From: a candidate division Kazan bacterium
GTDB lineage: Bacteria; Patescibacteriota; Kazan-3B-28
Assembly: GCA_003647645.1 (NCBI GenBank)
Contig: QMNG01000002.1
Span: forward strand, 65,151-129,150
Direction of reading: 5' to 3'
Length of the DNA stretch: 64,000 nt
In this document: in pieces, positions 59,981 through 64,000 of the stretch
How the letters are laid out: every line of letters begins with the position of its first letter
Numbering within the stretch: the first letter of the stretch is position 1
The notes under the pieces: generated by a model
Seen by the model: the letters and a program-made list of their open reading frames with translations, nothing else
What the model was told of the DNA's origin: nothing
The model's database searches: none
Program-made: the position numbers and the translations under genes

Positions 59981-60313
59981 ATGTCCAAAACAACAACTTA
60001 CGTTCTAATTGCAGGGGTCATAATTATACTCGCAGGAGTCGCTGGATACTCTTTCATGCGGAATACCGGTGAAAGTTATGCCAGCAATGCGATTGAGTTA
60101 TTTTTAGACGGTAAATATGACGAGGCACTGACTGCTGCTGAACAGGCCCGCAGGAAAGGATACAATTCTACTAACTTTGGAATTATGTATGGTCAATTGC
60201 TGGCTGAACTGGGCCGGTACGACGAAGCCCGAGCCCAGTACGAGTTAGTCAAAACAGAAGACCCAAGCGCTATCATGGCTGTTGATGAATTGTTAAACAA
60301 ACTTCCCAAATAA
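59981..60313 (+). CDS. Small membrane-anchored TPR protein
   Basis: N-terminal TM; GKYDEAL and LGRYDEA TPR motifs. Confidence 0.75.
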   Translation: MSKTTTYVLIAGVIIILAGVAGYSFMRNTGESYASNAIELFLDGKYDEALTAAEQARRKGYNSTNFGIMYGQLLAELGRYDEARAQYELVKTEDPSAIMAVDELLNKLPK

Positions 60314-60320
60314 AATAACC

Positions 60321-60708
60321 CGTCATCCTGAATTTAGTTCAGGATCTAGATACTGAAACAAGTTCAGTATGACAATATTAAGTGGCAGAATGACAATACT
60401 ACAAATATGAAAAAAGGATTTGTGTACATTCTGACTAATAAACCCAAGGGAGTTTTGTATGTTGGGGTAACTAGTGATATAGAAAATCGTATTGGTATAC
60501 ATTCGCTCAATAAAAATAATTCATTTGTTGCCAAATATAAACTATATAAATTAGTCCATTTAGAAGAGTTTAGTAGTATTGAAGAAGCAGTAAGAAGAGA
60601 AAAACAAATAAAAAATTGGCATAGAAATTGGAAAATCAACCTGATTGAAACGAATAATCCAAAATGGGATAATCTATTATTAGATTCTGAAACAAGTTCA
60701 AAATGACG
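60321..60708. mobile_element. GIY-YIG cassette flanked by REP-like hairpins
   Basis: REP doublet at 60321-60374 and a half-REP at 60682-60708. Confidence 0.6.
60407..60706 (+). CDS. GIY-YIG nuclease (YhbQ/UPF0213-like)
   Basis: FVYIL...LYVGVTSD...REKQIKNWHRNWK..LIE..NP.W. Confidence 0.92.
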   Translation: MKKGFVYILTNKPKGVLYVGVTSDIENRIGIHSLNKNNSFVAKYKLYKLVHLEEFSSIEEAVRREKQIKNWHRNWKINLIETNNPKWDNLLLDSETSSK

Positions 60709-60719
60709 ATAAAATATAT

Positions 60720-62927
60720 ATGAAATTTCTGAAATTAATCAACAGCAGTTGGATTACAAATATAGCTCTCTGGGGAATTTTGTTGACGCCGCTGTTTTTT
60801 GTCGAGGATTTTAAACCAAATCCCCATTTTGCCAAGGGCATATACTTTTTTGGCATCAGCACGATTTTTTTTGCCTTTGCTTTCTTTACTGTCAATTGGT
60901 CACAAATAAAACGCTGGTTTAAACATCCGTTGGTGCTGATTGCCACCGCTTGGCTGTTAATTGCAGCTTTGGCCTCGGTTTTTGGTATTAATTTATATGT
61001 TAGTTTTTGGGGCAACCCCGAGCGTTTGGGTGGGTTGATAACGGCAATTTACATATACGTGCTGCTGATCGTATTGCTGGCATATTTACAAAAAAATATT
61101 GCGGTTAAAATTCTTTCGATTATGAGTTGGGTCGGCGGACTTGTTGCCCTGTTTGCGATTGCCCAAAAATTGGGGTTTGTTTCGTGGTGGCCCAGCTTCG
61201 AAAGGCCCATCAGCGTTATGGGGAATGTGATTTTCTTGAGCACATTTTTGATAATGACGATATTTATTACCCTGTATTTTGCGTTGCAGAGCCGCACGGT
61301 ATGGCTCAAGCTGACATACGGGATGCTTTTCATCGCGCAAATTATCGCACTGTTTTTGGCGATGTCCCGCGGGCCGTCAATAGGACTGGTGGTGGGTCTG
61401 CTTACTTTTACTATTGGCTGGTTGTGGATAAAATATGCTAAATCTCAGACCAAATTTTGGAAGACAGTTGGTATTGTATTTCTGGCTATGATTATGCTGA
61501 TTGGGGGATTGTACTTGGTAAGAGAACCGCTTGGTATTCAAAGGCTTTTCAGATACTCGGTTACAGAGGGCGGCGCATCACACGCCCGTTTGATTGTTAT
61601 GCAGTCAGTTTTTAACGGGGCCTTAAAAAGACCAATCTTGGGATATGGCCCGGAAAATATCTATGTGGCATACAACGATAGCTATCGCCCTGAGTTAGCC
61701 CGGTATGACTATCGCGAGACTTTTGCCGATAGGGGGCATAGTGTATTGATCGATCAGCTGGCTGCTAATGGTATTTTAGGGTTGATTGCTATGTTGCTGT
61801 TTGTCGGTGGTTTATTTATCTATAGCATAAAGTGGCTCAAACGGGCCGATACCTATTCTGAGAAAATTTTGGCGGTGGCTTTCCTGACCACGATAACGGC
61901 CTACTTTGTCCAAGATTTGGTTGAGTTTGAAATGATATCAAATTATATCTATGGGGCAATTCTGGTTGCTCTTTTGCTGTGTTTGGGTGCCAAAGACAAC
62001 TCGGCGGTTGCCAACATTAGAATGAACTGGCTCAACTGGACAAGCGGGGTAGTTTTATTGGTAGTCAGCTTTTTGGTGGTGTTCGGCGTTTCTTTTTCCT
62101 CGTGGCGGGGCTATTTATACAGCCGTCAGGCGTACAAAGCTTATGCGTTTTCGAGCGACTATGAACTTGCAAAGGGGTACTATGATCTGGCCTTTGAGAT
62201 CAACTCCCCGTTTGCCCATTGGTATCTCCGCGAAAATTATGCGCCGTATGTTGCCGAATATGCCAACAGACTATTCAGAGATAACCCCGGGGTTACTTCA
62301 ATTATATTAGATGACGGCATTCAGAGATTAGCAAAGTTTATTGAGCGCGAACCGGCGGATATCCAAACCCGGGCCAACTACGCCAGTTTGAATTTAATTT
62401 TGGATGATCTGTTGGAGGGCCGAACAGAGGGAGACAGATTATTCAATGAATTGCTACGGGAAAATCCCAATCGGGAATTCTTTTACTTGGCTTGGGGCAA
62501 AAGTTTATTTTTGTCCGGCAGAGTTGAAGATGCTAAAGAAAAAATATTGCAGTCGATGAGTTTGGGAAGTATTCCGGCGGAAGCATATTTCTGGCTTGGT
62601 ACAGTTGAAGCTTACCAGGAGAACGAAGCGGAAGCTCTGGAGAATTTCCATAAATTTGCTATGCGGCCAGTGAAGCATTTTAAGTTTAAGAATCATCTCC
62701 AATATGCCCTCGATTATTTATTAGAGCGGGAAGTTTTTGAAGATGCCATCCCGTTGCAAAAGTTTTTAATTGAATTAGAGCGCGATAATCAGCAATACTG
62801 GCTTAACCTTTCAGTGTTATACCGCGACACCGGGCAAATTGAGATGGCCCGTCAAACAGCCCTGCGGATACTCGAGTTATTCCCAGAGACGCGAGAAGAT
62901 GTTCAGGATTTTATTAATTCCCTTTAA
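60720..62927 (+). CDS. O-antigen ligase / oligosaccharyltransferase-like membrane protein with C-terminal TPRs
   Basis: About 12 TMs; SRG, R...RPILGYG...H...D.L...G..G (Wzy_C-like); TPR tail. Confidence 0.85.
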   Translation: MKFLKLINSSWITNIALWGILLTPLFFVEDFKPNPHFAKGIYFFGISTIFFAFAFFTVNWSQIKRWFKHPLVLIATAWLLIAALASVFGINLYVSFWGNPERLGGLITAIYIYVLLIVLLAYLQKNIAVKILSIMSWVGGLVALFAIAQKLGFVSWWPSFERPISVMGNVIFLSTFLIMTIFITLYFALQSRTVWLKLTYGMLFIAQIIALFLAMSRGPSIGLVVGLLTFTIGWLWIKYAKSQTKFWKTVGIVFLAMIMLIGGLYLVREPLGIQRLFRYSVTEGGASHARLIVMQSVFNGALKRPILGYGPENIYVAYNDSYRPELARYDYRETFADRGHSVLIDQLAANGILGLIAMLLFVGGLFIYSIKWLKRADTYSEKILAVAFLTTITAYFVQDLVEFEMISNYIYGAILVALLLCLGAKDNSAVANIRMNWLNWTSGVVLLVVSFLVVFGVSFSSWRGYLYSRQAYKAYAFSSDYELAKGYYDLAFEINSPFAHWYLRENYAPYVAEYANRLFRDNPGVTSIILDDGIQRLAKFIEREPADIQTRANYASLNLILDDLLEGRTEGDRLFNELLRENPNREFFYLAWGKSLFLSGRVEDAKEKILQSMSLGSIPAEAYFWLGTVEAYQENEAEALENFHKFAMRPVKHFKFKNHLQYALDYLLEREVFEDAIPLQKFLIELERDNQQYWLNLSVLYRDTGQIEMARQTALRILELFPETREDVQDFINSL

Positions 62928-62935
62928 TTTTGGCT

Positions 62936-64000
62936 ATGAGTTTTTTTAAACTTCTTCACAGTAACGGGCTGGCTAATTTATTTTTTTGGCTGATTCTACT
63001 GACACCAGTGTTGTTTGCGTATAATACGATTTATGCGAGCATATTCGGCAGGGGAATATGGTTTTTTATACTGTTGGCATTACTGCTGAGCGCCTCATTG
63101 TTTACCATGCAGTTTCATGCCATTAAACAACTGTTTCGGCATCCAATCTTCTGGATTATTTTGGGCTGGCTAGCTCTCAGTACTGTATCTGCTGTGTTGG
63201 GCGAGAACTTCTTTGTGAGTTTTTGGGGTCCGGTAGGCAGGTTAGGCGGGTTAATCACAATGATCAATGTGTTTTTACTCTTTGTTCTGGCTGTTACCCA
63301 AATCCAATATCGGGGGGTTGGCAACGTTTTAAGAATAATGACACATGTCAGCTCGATAGTGGCGCTATATGGGATTATTCAATTTCTACGGAATATTAAC
63401 TCTGATTTTTTGTTTAATGAAAGGCTGGTTTCTAGTTTGGGTAACCCGCTCTTTTTGGGCTCGTTCCTGCTCCTGACCGTATTCTTTGCATTATATTTTG
63501 CTCTCACATCCCATAGCCGATGGGCTAAAATTCTCTTTGGAACTGAATTTATTGTTCTATTTTCGGCGATAGTTATGACCATCTCGCGCGGGCCTAATAT
63601 TGCCCTATGCCTTGGCCTAATTGTTTTTATTGTTGGCGGGGTCATAATTCTGTCGCGGAAGTGGCAAACTGCTGTTCTGCGGCTGCTGGCAGTTGCAGTA
63701 GGTCTAGCTCTCATTGGCGGCACGGGGTATCTTCTCCGGGAGCCGCTCGGCATTGAAAGACTCTTTAATTATTCTATGACTGGCTCAATCCAAAGTAGAC
63801 TGATAACTTATGAAGCCCTCTGGAAATCCGTGTTGGAAAGACCGCTGCTTGGATATGGGTTAGAAAACGTCAATCTGGCGCATGATCTGAATTATAATCC
63901 CATTCGTGAGCAATCCGGGTATAAAGAATCCTTCACTTCGCGGGCCCACAATGTGTTTATAGATCAGCTGACTACCAACGGCTTTGCCGGAGGCGTTTTT
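62936..64000 (+). CDS. Second O-antigen ligase-like paralog (3' end outside window; absent from ORF track)
   Basis: Manual translation MSFFKLLHSNGLANLFFWLILLTP...SRG...RPLLGYG...AHNVFIDQL, collinear with the upstream gene. Confidence 0.8.
   Translation, partial: MSFFKLLHSNGLANLFFWLILLTPVLFAYNTIYASIFGRGIWFFILLALLLSASLFTMQFHAIKQLFRHPIFWIILGWLALSTVSAVLGENFFVSFWGPVGRLGGLITMINVFLLFVLAVTQIQYRGVGNVLRIMTHVSSIVALYGIIQFLRNINSDFLFNERLVSSLGNPLFLGSFLLLTVFFALYFALTSHSRWAKILFGTEFIVLFSAIVMTISRGPNIALCLGLIVFIVGGVIILSRKWQTAVLRLLAVAVGLALIGGTGYLLREPLGIERLFNYSMTGSIQSRLITYEALWKSVLERPLLGYGLENVNLAHDLNYNPIREQSGYKESFTSRAHNVFIDQLTTNGFAGGVF

Noticed and set aside
63115..63753. Minus-strand ORFs at the window end
   Set aside because: They are antisense shadows of the plus-strand ligase-like gene starting at 62936.

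Overview
Bacterial chromosomal window, probably Patescibacteria/CPR. This is inferred from the compact housekeeping set, an AlaRS ending after the editing domain, the ftsA-like/baseplate-J-like/yqgF cluster, DUF5667-type ECF partners and many large secreted Ig-fold proteins. Housekeeping genes include alaS (3' part), hup, trxB, gdhA, recX, metG, tatD, uppP, ruvB, tsaB/tsaE, rny, ndk and mnmA, plus seven tRNAs. Points of interest: (1) a ~1 kb non-coding region at 45.3-46.3 kb with DnaA boxes and eleven 21-bp palindromic sites (ACCTACAA-N5-TTGTAGGT), directly upstream of a MerR-type HTH/coiled-coil protein ending in KRPWWKIW, a candidate single-protein centromere/anchoring system; (2) a 15 kb surface operon with a giant dockerin-tipped protein and six tandem copies of an unrecognised extracellular domain that share a C-terminal TM signal; (3) several palindromic and heptamer-periodic repeat families, including hairpins flanking two GIY-YIG genes, in-frame insertions in mnmA and tsaB, and a shared element in the leaders of both tRNA-Lys genes; (4) two ECF sigma/anti-sigma pairs upstream of an S-layer-like gene; (5) two promoter-driven candidate structured ncRNAs. 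All calls come from reading motifs by eye; no searches were run.
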